This document shows positions 10,971 to 20,217 of a DNA stretch of 64,000 nt, piece by piece. The DNA is taken from assembly GCA_048939015.1 (NCBI GenBank), contig JBHLPW010000021.1, positions 1 to 64,000 of the forward strand, given 5' to 3'. A program made the position numbers and the translations under genes. The notes beneath the pieces were generated by a model. That model made no database searches. It was not told where the DNA came from and worked only from the letters and a program-made list of their open reading frames with translations. The first letter of the stretch is position 1, and each line of letters begins with the position of its first letter. Origin of the DNA: Promethearchaeota archaeon (GTDB lineage Archaea > Asgardarchaeota > Lokiarchaeia > Sigyniarchaeales > SOKP01).

Positions 10971-11261
10971 CTAATATTCTAACTTCTTAATAATCTTATA
11001 AGTTTTAAATTCACGTACCGGCTCATCTTTCTCGTTTAAACGTTCAATTGGAACTCTAACATAATTTTCGTCATCAAAATCTTCAATTTCAGTTTCCTTA
11101 TACCTGGCCATATTGTCCGCTAGCTTCAATTCTCGAAGTAAAAAATCTCTTACAGCAACTCGAATTAACTCTGATCTTGATGGATATAGCCCATTTTCCC
11201 CCACTAATTTTTCAATACTATCGAGATACGATTCAGGAATATTTACAGTAACTATTTTCAT
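10971..11261 (-). CDS. Ribbon-helix-helix (CopG/Arc/MetJ; CdrS-like) regulator
   Basis: MKIVTVNIPE....IEKLV...GLYPSRSELIR.AVRDFL. Confidence 0.85.
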   Translation of the reverse strand: MKIVTVNIPESYLDSIEKLVGENGLYPSRSELIRVAVRDFLLRELKLADNMARYKETEIEDFDDENYVRVPIERLNEKDEPVREFKTYKIIKKLEY

Positions 11262-11953
11262 ATTAAAACACTTTATCCTTTATTAGATACGCCAAAATCA
11301 ATATTCGGCAAAATGACTAAAGCTTTTTTTAAAACAATCGCCTTAAACCACAAATTTTTTTATATTTTATTGTATTACACATTAATATATAAATGTTTTT
11401 TTTTATCGGATTAATATATTTAAAGTAATACTATTTTGTCTTTTCTTAAATATTCCAAATCATATATTAATGTATTAATTCTTAAAATGTTGCTATACTC
11501 CTCAAATTTAAGGATATTTTTGGAGTTTTTATTATTATTTAAAGATGTATGAACAATGATATAAAAATTCTAATAGAAAATTATAAAAAAATATATTAAA
11601 ATTATAAAAAACTTAAAATTGTTTACTTATTTAAATAATAATATACAAAATTTCAATTTAAATAACAATCTATTTGATTAAATTCACAATATTATATAAT
11701 TTATAGCAAATATTGTAAAATTAAAAATTAAACAACCTTTTTTCAGATAAGCCTTTTCGGAATTTAATCTGAACATTATCTAGATTATTCAAATAGTCCA
11801 TAATCTTAGGAATGTACTATATATTCGTAGAAAGAAAAGAAATTGTTTATCTTTATCTCTAATAAATAATTCTTAATTCAAATAAATTTTTATATGCAAT
11901 CCATTGATATATTTATAAATATCTACGATTAAAATTATTAAGAAAAAATTGGG

Positions 11954-13366
11954 ATGAAATTGTCAGAACAGAAATTATTTCAAGTTTTTATTAACAAAAT
12001 AGAATTTGATCCTACAGAATTCTTAGTGGCAAGTGAACAACATGAACTTAATGATTTCCAGAGAAAAGCTATTGAAAGTGCATCTTCTATTCTAAAAGAG
12101 AATATAGTGGGGGAAATTAAATCATTTGGAGGAAATCTTAAAAACAATGAAGAAAAATTTAAAGAACTTGAAGACAAAGTGAATGAAGAATTAAAAAATG
12201 AAGAATATGATGATTTAAAGAAAGAATTAAAGAATTATGCTAAAATTTTACGAGAATTTATTGAAAAGACTTGTGTGGCACTTATTCCTGTAAAAGAGAT
12301 GCCATGGGTTAATGTATTATTTCGAACTGTGCCTCGTATTACATTTGATAAGAAAGTAGAGCTTCTAGATAATTCAATTGCATATTATGGAGAAATAAAA
12401 TGCGTTATTTCTCGTCCGACAGTCTTTGGTAAAATGAAAGGGGAGAAACCATTATTTGCTCCAATCATGGGGTCCATTGATTTAGGCGGTTATAAATTGG
12501 ATGATTCACAAAAAGAGCCAAAATCACAAATTTACTCCTATATAGATGCAATTATTAATTCATTTGATTCTACTATAACAAAGAACCATCTTGCTAAATA
12601 CCATGAGGGGTATCAGAGACATGGCGATCCTATTTGTGACTTCCTAATGAAAGATAGTGACTTAATGAATTCAATGGAAAGAATCACATCCAGTATTGAA
12701 TCAAATAGATCATCATCGGATATTTCAATATTCAGCATTGCTATCCCCCAACCTGCAGATAAGACTACTTTATTATTAGTTACAGATGAAGGTAAAGATC
12801 CTAATAAATATTCAAGATGTTTTGAAGCATTATTAAGATTTTCTGCTGAATCTTGCAATGTTCCAACCCAACAACCTCAGGCACCTAGTCAAGTAGTTCA
12901 GCCCTCCCAAGGAGCTGTTAGAACTCCTGGTGGCCAAGAATTAAAAGCTTGGACTGCTGAAGAGTTAGCAGAAGAAGCACAAAAGCGCATGTCTTCTCAG
13001 CCTGATATGCCTACTTGGAGCGAAGAAGAATTAACTAAATTCGCATCTGAAAGAGGAACTGGATTACCAGAAGGGATGGAGGTTTGGACTGAAGAAGAAT
13101 TGGAGGAATTAGCAAAAAAGCGACAAGGAGGCCTTGACATCCCAGAATGGAAATTAGATGAAACTATGAAAGAGTGTGTTAAATGCGGGTATAGTTTAAG
13201 ACCAGGATGGAATCGATGCCCTGTGTGTGAAACTCCTGTCGGTGCGACGCCTGAACCGACCCCAGAACCAGAAATGGAAAAAATTGATGAATCAGTAGAC
13301 CAATCCATCGAAGAAAAAAGAGAGAATTCATCAGAAGATATTGAAGAAGAAAAAGAAGATCAATAA
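11954..13366 (+). CDS. Hypothetical protein with W(T/S)xEEL repeats, zinc ribbon and acidic tail
   Basis: Three repeats of about 22 aa plus a partial fourth, CVKC...CPVC, Pro/Glu-rich C-terminus. Confidence 0.8.
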   Translation: MKLSEQKLFQVFINKIEFDPTEFLVASEQHELNDFQRKAIESASSILKENIVGEIKSFGGNLKNNEEKFKELEDKVNEELKNEEYDDLKKELKNYAKILREFIEKTCVALIPVKEMPWVNVLFRTVPRITFDKKVELLDNSIAYYGEIKCVISRPTVFGKMKGEKPLFAPIMGSIDLGGYKLDDSQKEPKSQIYSYIDAIINSFDSTITKNHLAKYHEGYQRHGDPICDFLMKDSDLMNSMERITSSIESNRSSSDISIFSIAIPQPADKTTLLLVTDEGKDPNKYSRCFEALLRFSAESCNVPTQQPQAPSQVVQPSQGAVRTPGGQELKAWTAEELAEEAQKRMSSQPDMPTWSEEELTKFASERGTGLPEGMEVWTEEELEELAKKRQGGLDIPEWKLDETMKECVKCGYSLRPGWNRCPVCETPVGATPEPTPEPEMEKIDESVDQSIEEKRENSSEDIEEEKEDQ

Positions 13367-13551
13367 TACCTTTATTGATCAATAGTTGTTTTTAGTTTCC
13401 TTTTTAAATAGCAAAAGTGTGATTACCTTCAATAATTATAGAACCAGAAAAGCGAAAACTTTAAAAGGAAATAATCTCAGCAAGATTCCAAACTTTTTTT
13501 AAGTTATTTTTATTTTCAAGCTTATAGAAATTAAGAATTCTGGAAATTTAT

Positions 13552-14550
13552 TTGTTACATAATATCTTCTTATTCAAAGGAAGTAAAATTCAGGATTTAG
13601 AAGATCTAAATATTTATAGTTATCCAAATGAAATAATTAACATTAAAGATAAAATTCTTGTTAATAGGATTATAAAGAAACACAATAAAGCAGATCGTAC
13701 ACAACAAAAAGATGCAAATCATTTTGTTATTGATGAACCTATTGCTCAATTTATCGATGATTTAAATATATATACTTCTTGTATTAATGGAAAAATTATT
13801 ATTGGTCTAATTTTTGATGATGATGATAATCCTTATGACTACAAGGATGTTTTCAAAGATCTATTGAATGAATTGCTAAATAATGGTAATGGATACTCTT
13901 TCAATGAAGAAATAGAAGTTGAAAATTTATTAATTTCTATGTTTATTGACATTCGTAGATTCTATGATGAAGTTATTGAAAGACCACCGGATTTTGAATA
14001 TTATTTTGAAAGGGAGACATTTTTCAAGGTTTTTCTTTTCGGTATTGATGAAGTTGGAAAGTCTAGTTTAGTAAGACGATTAAAAACCGGAGAGTTTAAT
14101 GATAATTATTTTACACCTACAAGAAAATTCAATATTGAATATATTCCTGCAGAAGAAAATGGATTGTTTGCTGTTTGGGATATGCCAGGACAAAAGAGTT
14201 TTAGAAAAAAATGGTTGAAAGGACTTCAAGACTCTAATATTATACTCTATATGATTGATGTGGCAAATCAAAGAAGATTTGAAGAATCTAAGAAGGAGTT
14301 ATGGAATGTATTAAGAAATGATGAATTATTTGGGGTTCCATTACTTTTATTATACAATAAAATTGATTTAGTCATAAATTCTCAAGAACTTCATGAAAAT
14401 CAACTTAATAATTTAAAGAAGGAGATCTCTCAATTGTTTAAATTAGAGAAAATTCAAGATCGAAAGAGTAAATTTCTTTTCACATCAGTTAAAACCAATT
14501 ATAATATCGATAAGATAATTCCAACTATTTTAAATTTAATTTCTTCATGA
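13552..14550 (+). CDS. Arf/Rab-like small GTPase with N-terminal longin-like domain
   Basis: G1 GIDEVGKSS, G2 PT, G3 WDMPGQ, G4 NKID, G5 TSVK; about 150-aa N-terminal alpha/beta domain (longin assignment is inference). Confidence 0.85.
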   Translation: MLHNIFLFKGSKIQDLEDLNIYSYPNEIINIKDKILVNRIIKKHNKADRTQQKDANHFVIDEPIAQFIDDLNIYTSCINGKIIIGLIFDDDDNPYDYKDVFKDLLNELLNNGNGYSFNEEIEVENLLISMFIDIRRFYDEVIERPPDFEYYFERETFFKVFLFGIDEVGKSSLVRRLKTGEFNDNYFTPTRKFNIEYIPAEENGLFAVWDMPGQKSFRKKWLKGLQDSNIILYMIDVANQRRFEESKKELWNVLRNDELFGVPLLLLYNKIDLVINSQELHENQLNNLKKEISQLFKLEKIQDRKSKFLFTSVKTNYNIDKIIPTILNLISS

Positions 14551-14714
14551 ATCATCAATTAATACGCAATATTTAAGTAAAAAATTCTTAAACCTACTAA
14601 ATTTAGTGTTTTGATGAAGTAAACATTAAATTTAAATATCTCGCCATTTAAATTTCTATTATATAATATAAAAACTTAATACTTCTCATTTTAAATTAAA
14701 TTAGGGATAAAATC

Positions 14715-15308
14715 ATGTCAAAAAGGCTCAAAAAAGAATTACAAATTATGATTGAGGAGAAATTAGGTCAATTATTTTTCGGTGAAAAGAAGAAGGATTT
14801 ACGCTTGATGATGTTCAGACCTATTGATTTAATCGAATTCTCTGAGTTCGCTGGTGCTAACGCAGATGATATACTCATCTGGGTAGGAAAAACTTTAGGA
14901 AAGGCTTATACGGAAAAATTCTTCTATAATAAAGATTGGAGTGCAGAAACTCTCGCTACAAGAAAAGAGGTTGTATTAGGGAATCTAGAAGCATTAGAAC
15001 TTATGGGATACGGAGAATTATCTGGAGTGTTTAAAAAAACTCATATTCTAATAACTGTGATAGATTCACTAGCAAAAGAAGAATCCGATAACATCATGGC
15101 TAAAAACCTCTGTTTACTTTATCAAGGCATTTTGTTGGGAATGTTTGAAGCTATGCAAATTGACGTAGATGGGGAAGAGATCGAATGTGTTTTGCTGGGT
15201 GCCGATAAATGTACATTTAAATTCAATTTTATAGGAGAAGAATTAGATGATAGTCTTGTGGATGAAGACACAGGAGAAAATGTCTCCGAATTCTTATCGA
15301 CGCTTTAA
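14715..15308 (+). CDS. V4R / TRAPP Bet3-fold protein
   Basis: MGYGEL, C.LYQGIL.G.F, E.ECV..GAD.C.F V4R pattern. Confidence 0.75.
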   Translation: MSKRLKKELQIMIEEKLGQLFFGEKKKDLRLMMFRPIDLIEFSEFAGANADDILIWVGKTLGKAYTEKFFYNKDWSAETLATRKEVVLGNLEALELMGYGELSGVFKKTHILITVIDSLAKEESDNIMAKNLCLLYQGILLGMFEAMQIDVDGEEIECVLLGADKCTFKFNFIGEELDDSLVDEDTGENVSEFLSTL

Positions 15309-15551
15309 TGCTATTTTCCTTATTACTTTGTCCAATTTTTATGTTGTAACCTTTTATTATAGATTTTATTTTATACATTTCTTTATATTAGCTAAATTTG
15401 AGAGAGTGAAATTTCACACTTTTTTCAATTAATAGAGATTAGATTTTGAGTTTTGGAATATAATAATTAAAATAAAATCTAACATAACTCTAATTATAAT
15501 CAAATATCAAAAAATCATTAAACTTAAAATAAAAATTGATGTGAGAAACCT

Positions 15552-17897
15552 TTGGAAAAGAGAGGAGCAAAAGTAAAAATTGATGAATATAAAGGTCCAC
15601 TTGGAATGATCAAAGGATTTGAATTAACTACAGGAAAAGTATCTTATGGAGATGAGACAGAATGGGAACCTATGGGCCCAACACCACAACCTCATATTCC
15701 TACTTTACGTAATTGGTTCTTCACAATGATGGAACGATATAAACCATTTTATATGCCAATTTGCGATATGTGTTGTTTATGTACATATGGGAAATGTAAC
15801 CTTTCTAAAGGTAGAACGGGTGCATGTGGTATAAATATGGAAACTCAGCAATCTAGAATTGTAGAAATTGCCTGTTGTATTGGAGCAGCATGCCATTCTG
15901 CTCACGGTGATCATCTCCTACATTGGTTAAAAGAGAAGTATGGAAACGTTCCTATAAATTTTGGAAACAATATAGAGGTTGAAATGCCTCATACCAGATT
16001 AGTCGTAGGAATGAAACCAGAATCTTTAGAGGATTTAGAGACCGCTATGGAATGGGTCCATTTTACAATAACACACCTCCTAGCAGCAGGACACACGGGC
16101 CAAGAGAGTTCTTATTTAGATTATGAATCAAAAAGCTTTTTAGCAGGGTTGGCAGATTCCGTTGGTATGGAAATTTCTGATGCTGTACAAATCGCGGCAT
16201 ATGGCTTTCCTATGGGCGATCCTGATGTACCAATTGTAGAGCTTGGCATGGGAACACTTAATACAGAAAAAGCAGTTATATTAATGATTGGTCACAATGT
16301 TGCCCCAGGAGTAGAATTAGTTGATTATATAAGAGAAAAAGGTATTGATGATAAGGTAGATGTAGGTGCAATTTGTTGTACTGCCCATGATTTAACTCGA
16401 TATTATGATGGTGCTAAAATTGTAGGTTCAATGTCGAGACAACTTCATGTCATTCGATCAGGTATTCCTGATGTTGTTATGGTAGATGAACAATGTGTAA
16501 ATCTAAGGTCTTATGAACAAGCTCAATTAATTGGTGCCCCTTTTATTGCCACAAATGAAAAGAATATGAGTGGCCTTCCTGATAGAACTAAGGATTCTGT
16601 TGATGAAATTGTTGATGATTTAGTGAGTGGAAAAGAGAAGGGAGTGCTTATTTTAGATCCAATAAAAGCTGGTGCAGTTGCATCTGAAACTGCAATAAAA
16701 GTAAAACCAATTAGAAAAGCTAAGAGTGGAGTTCCTGATGAACAAGGATGTATTGATATGGCAATGAATTGTAATGGATGTGGAAATTGTCAGCGAAATT
16801 GTCCAAACGATTTACCACTTGTGGAAGGGGTAAAATTAGCGAAAGATGGTGATTTTTCAGTATTAGCAGAAGCATTTGATGACTGTTTAGGTTGTGGTCG
16901 CTGTGAAGGAGATTGTATGAAACATGTATCTCCCTTAACTTTATTACAATATGCCGCAAGAGAAAAAATTAGAAATGAGAAATTCAATTGTCGAGTAGGA
17001 CGTGGTCCAATTATGGATACAGAAATTCGAAATGTAGGTGCTCCTATTGTCTTAGGAGAAATACCTGGAATTGTTGCTATAATTGGATGTGCTAGTTATG
17101 CTCACGAGATTCAAGAACTATATAAAATGGCAGAAGAATTTCTAACAAGAAATTATATTGTAGTAGTTTCAGGTTGTGGAGCGATGGACATAGGTCTTGT
17201 AAAAGACGAAGAAGGAAAGACTTTATATGACAGATTTCCTGGTGATTTTGATCGGGGCGGTTTAGTAAATGTGGGATCATGTGTATCTAATCCTCATATT
17301 ACTGGTGCTGCAATTAAAGTAGCAAATATATTCGCTAGAAGACCACTAAGAGGAAATTTCGAGGAAATTGCGGATTATGTATTAAATCGAGTCGGTGCTG
17401 TTGGTGTTGCGTGGGGTGCTATGTCTCAAAAAGCAGCAAGTATTGCTAGTATGGCAAATGGATTAGGCGTTCCTGCTGTATGTGGACCCCATGCTGCTGA
17501 ATATAGAAGGATGTATATTGGTCGTTCCGATGATGAAAATGTGTGGAAAGTTTTCAACGCTAGAGATGGAACTGCTGATCATTTAGTTGGTCCTGGTCCT
17601 GAACACTTATTAACTACTGCAGAAAGCATTGAACAAGCAATTTGTCTTGTTGCTAAATTATGTTTGAGACCCGCGGATAACTCAAAAGGACGAATGATAA
17701 AACTTTCACATTGGATTGATTTAGAACGAAAATATAAAGGTGTAGATTTTCCAAACGATTTAGAAAAGTTCATTCGCGTTGAAGCTGATATTCCTATTAA
17801 CATGAAAGATGAAATTCAAGAATATCTAAAAGAAAAAGGTTGGGAACCTAAGGAAATAATTGACCCTACACTCTTAAAAAGATTGTGCAGAGCCTAA
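15552..17897 (+). CDS. cdhA: CO dehydrogenase/acetyl-CoA synthase complex alpha subunit
   Basis: CDMCCLCTYGKC..GACG, IGAACH..H..H, ICCTAHD, two ferredoxin motifs, GSCVSN.H, WGAMSQKA, IIDPT terminus. Confidence 0.95.
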   Translation: MEKRGAKVKIDEYKGPLGMIKGFELTTGKVSYGDETEWEPMGPTPQPHIPTLRNWFFTMMERYKPFYMPICDMCCLCTYGKCNLSKGRTGACGINMETQQSRIVEIACCIGAACHSAHGDHLLHWLKEKYGNVPINFGNNIEVEMPHTRLVVGMKPESLEDLETAMEWVHFTITHLLAAGHTGQESSYLDYESKSFLAGLADSVGMEISDAVQIAAYGFPMGDPDVPIVELGMGTLNTEKAVILMIGHNVAPGVELVDYIREKGIDDKVDVGAICCTAHDLTRYYDGAKIVGSMSRQLHVIRSGIPDVVMVDEQCVNLRSYEQAQLIGAPFIATNEKNMSGLPDRTKDSVDEIVDDLVSGKEKGVLILDPIKAGAVASETAIKVKPIRKAKSGVPDEQGCIDMAMNCNGCGNCQRNCPNDLPLVEGVKLAKDGDFSVLAEAFDDCLGCGRCEGDCMKHVSPLTLLQYAAREKIRNEKFNCRVGRGPIMDTEIRNVGAPIVLGEIPGIVAIIGCASYAHEIQELYKMAEEFLTRNYIVVVSGCGAMDIGLVKDEEGKTLYDRFPGDFDRGGLVNVGSCVSNPHITGAAIKVANIFARRPLRGNFEEIADYVLNRVGAVGVAWGAMSQKAASIASMANGLGVPAVCGPHAAEYRRMYIGRSDDENVWKVFNARDGTADHLVGPGPEHLLTTAESIEQAICLVAKLCLRPADNSKGRMIKLSHWIDLERKYKGVDFPNDLEKFIRVEADIPINMKDEIQEYLKEKGWEPKEIIDPTLLKRLCRA

Positions 17898-17961
17898 ATT
17901 ACATTTTCTTATTTATTTTCATTTTTTTATTTATTAATTATTTCTTAAGAAATTCAACTAA

Positions 17962-18354
17962 TCAGTTAGAAATCAGCCATTTTTTGGCTTCTTCCATTGA
18001 GGAAACTGCTTTTGCGCTCACTCCAGAAAATTTATTGATAACATTAAGCAATATCTTTTTTACGCCTGTAATCCCAACAACAGCTGTTTTTTTTAATAGT
18101 GGTCTTGATTTCTTGCCTGACTCAGCAAATGCATTTACTGCCTCTTTATTTGCATAAGCCCCTGTTACATTAACTATCAATAAAATATCTTTTTTTCCTG
18201 ATTCAAATGTGAGTTCAGTCATTCTTTCGATAAGAGATGCAAATTGATCAGGAAACACATTTGTATAATCATCAAGTAAGATTTCATGTCCTTGGTAATC
18301 AAACCATATCTTACGCTTTTTTGCTTCTGCATCTAAATCTTTAATTTCCCGCAT
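17962..18354 (-). CDS. STAS/SEC14 (SpoIIAA-like) domain protein
   Basis: ILL.DY, KKTAVVGITG.KK.L, C-terminal S.EEA.KWL pattern. Confidence 0.6.
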   Translation of the reverse strand: MREIKDLDAEAKKRKIWFDYQGHEILLDDYTNVFPDQFASLIERMTELTFESGKKDILLIVNVTGAYANKEAVNAFAESGKKSRPLLKKTAVVGITGVKKILLNVINKFSGVSAKAVSSMEEAKKWLISN

Positions 18355-18496
18355 AATATTTCAATTCTAATTTAATTTGAGTAAATTAACAATAAACCAC
18401 AATTATATAAATCTATTCAAATATAAAACCCAAAAGTTAATGTGTAAAGTTTCTTTTCATTACTAAATTGATTTAGTTTTAAAGATGTGAGATATT

Positions 18497-18715
18497 TTGG
18501 ATAAACAGGATAAAGAAATCTTAAAATTATCAAAATTATGTAAACATTGGGCAGATCATAATATTACACATAAAGAAAATTTTTTAAAATGGCGAAATAT
18601 AGCACAAGAAAAAGGTTTAGAATATGTTGTGGAACAATTAGATAATGCAGTCAAGATGTTAGATAAATGTAATGAATTTTTACTTGCTGTGTATCAAGAT
18701 TTAGAGTCGGAATAG
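18497..18715 (+). CDS. Small helical His-motif protein (HW.DHN..H), possible metal-binding
   Basis: KLCKHWADHNITHKE motif; helical hairpin composition. Confidence 0.6.
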   Translation: MDKQDKEILKLSKLCKHWADHNITHKENFLKWRNIAQEKGLEYVVEQLDNAVKMLDKCNEFLLAVYQDLESE

Positions 18716-18787
18716 ACATGAATCTATTAAATCAGTATAAAAAAATAAATACTTGATTGTAGTATTAATGCCACAATATAATAGGAT

Positions 18788-19996
18788 TTATAGGAAAAGA
18801 TTTATCAAAGGGAGCAATTGATCTTTAAAGTAATCTAATTTTCCTTCTAACATATCAGGATTTTGAGAAAGCATCCATAAATATACAGGAATCTGCAATT
18901 CAGAGTATTCAAATAGTTTTTCTCCACGCATTGTAAATCCATTTAGTGGTAAATCAAGCCTTAAGGATCTTTCTCTTATTAAACCTATTGAGTTATAGAA
19001 AGTAGAGAGCGTTTGGAGTAATAAAGCGGTGTTATTTACCAACATTTCATCTGTATCTGAACCTGAATAACTCCCAAAAATTAAACCATCCATTGAAACT
19101 AAACTTGAAGCCTTTGCTTCTACCTGATGAGTGAACTCTTCAAGTATATTTTCAATAATTTCAGAGGTTTCAGATACTTTCTTTAAAGCAATACTGAACA
19201 TTTGCATAATAGTATTCCTATCGAAAATAGTTGTATCGATATAATCAATTGAAAATTCTTTAAACTCTTCAGCTATACTATTGAATTTGTTTTTAATACT
19301 GCTGACTGTCTGCTGCCATTGAAGTGTTTGTCGAGCATCCTGGTCAGCTTTACTTAACACAATTAATACTTGGGGAATTTCATGTAGCTCCTCAAAAACT
19401 TTTAACACTTCTCTAAAGTAGTTTGCGGCTTCAGGGATTCTATCTGAATCTTGACTGTCAACAACATAAAGCATAATATCTGCTTCTGTGAAAAATAGTT
19501 CCGGTCTATTGAAATATAATTTCTCTCGATATTGCACTTGGCCTCCTAAATCCCAGCTTATAATAGGATATCCAAAAAAGTCTAGCTTTTCTCTTTTGAC
19601 TCCTCTAGTAGGCAGTAGGGATTTTATTATTGAGAATTTGTCTTGAATGACAGCAAGAATAGATGTTTTCCCTGCAGCATCAAGTCCTATCATTAAGAGT
19701 TTTTTATGCCGACGAAGTTGTTCTTGTACGTTCTTTTGAATTATCTGTGCTATTTTAACCCATTTTTGTAGCATACTAGGCAATACTTCTTTTATTTCAG
19801 GCAGACTTGAAACATTTAGATTAGCTAGATCGTCAATTGTTTTAATCCCTTCGTTAGTTAAATGATCAGAACTAACTTTATCAACACCTATTAATGTTTC
19901 AGGTTTAAATCTTAAAACCTCATCAAGGTCATTAATAAGAACATTACTCTTAAAGAAATCTTTAATAACTACACTCTTTCCACTATTTTCTGACAT
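18788..19996 (-). CDS. Multidomain small GTPase: HhH-like N-terminus, Arf-like G domain, roadblock-like C-terminus (Rag-like architecture)
   Basis: LIGV.......L..EGIKTIDDLA; IGLDAAGKTS, PT.G, WDLGGQ, SKAD; SSLVSMDGLIFG. Confidence 0.85.
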   Translation of the reverse strand: MSENSGKSVVIKDFFKSNVLINDLDEVLRFKPETLIGVDKVSSDHLTNEGIKTIDDLANLNVSSLPEIKEVLPSMLQKWVKIAQIIQKNVQEQLRRHKKLLMIGLDAAGKTSILAVIQDKFSIIKSLLPTRGVKREKLDFFGYPIISWDLGGQVQYREKLYFNRPELFFTEADIMLYVVDSQDSDRIPEAANYFREVLKVFEELHEIPQVLIVLSKADQDARQTLQWQQTVSSIKNKFNSIAEEFKEFSIDYIDTTIFDRNTIMQMFSIALKKVSETSEIIENILEEFTHQVEAKASSLVSMDGLIFGSYSGSDTDEMLVNNTALLLQTLSTFYNSIGLIRERSLRLDLPLNGFTMRGEKLFEYSELQIPVYLWMLSQNPDMLEGKLDYFKDQLLPLINLFL

Positions 19997-20217
19997 AAGG
20001 CATCAAAATTAATTTCAATTATGTTTTTTCTAATATTCTTAATGTTAATAGTAAATTAGCTTTTATTAAATAATATTTTTTTTTGCAAAAATAAACTTTA
20101 TGAATATGAAGCAGTATATAATTAATTAATAATTAATAAAGATATAAAAAGCCGATTATACCCATACGAACAATTATTATACTTTAAAAATAAAAGCCTA
20201 AAAATGATATATGGATT

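Noticed and set aside
11262-11953. Replication origin in the long AT-rich spacer (also 26469-27337)
   Set aside because: No ORB-like repeats with G-strings and no cdc6/orc1 gene nearby.
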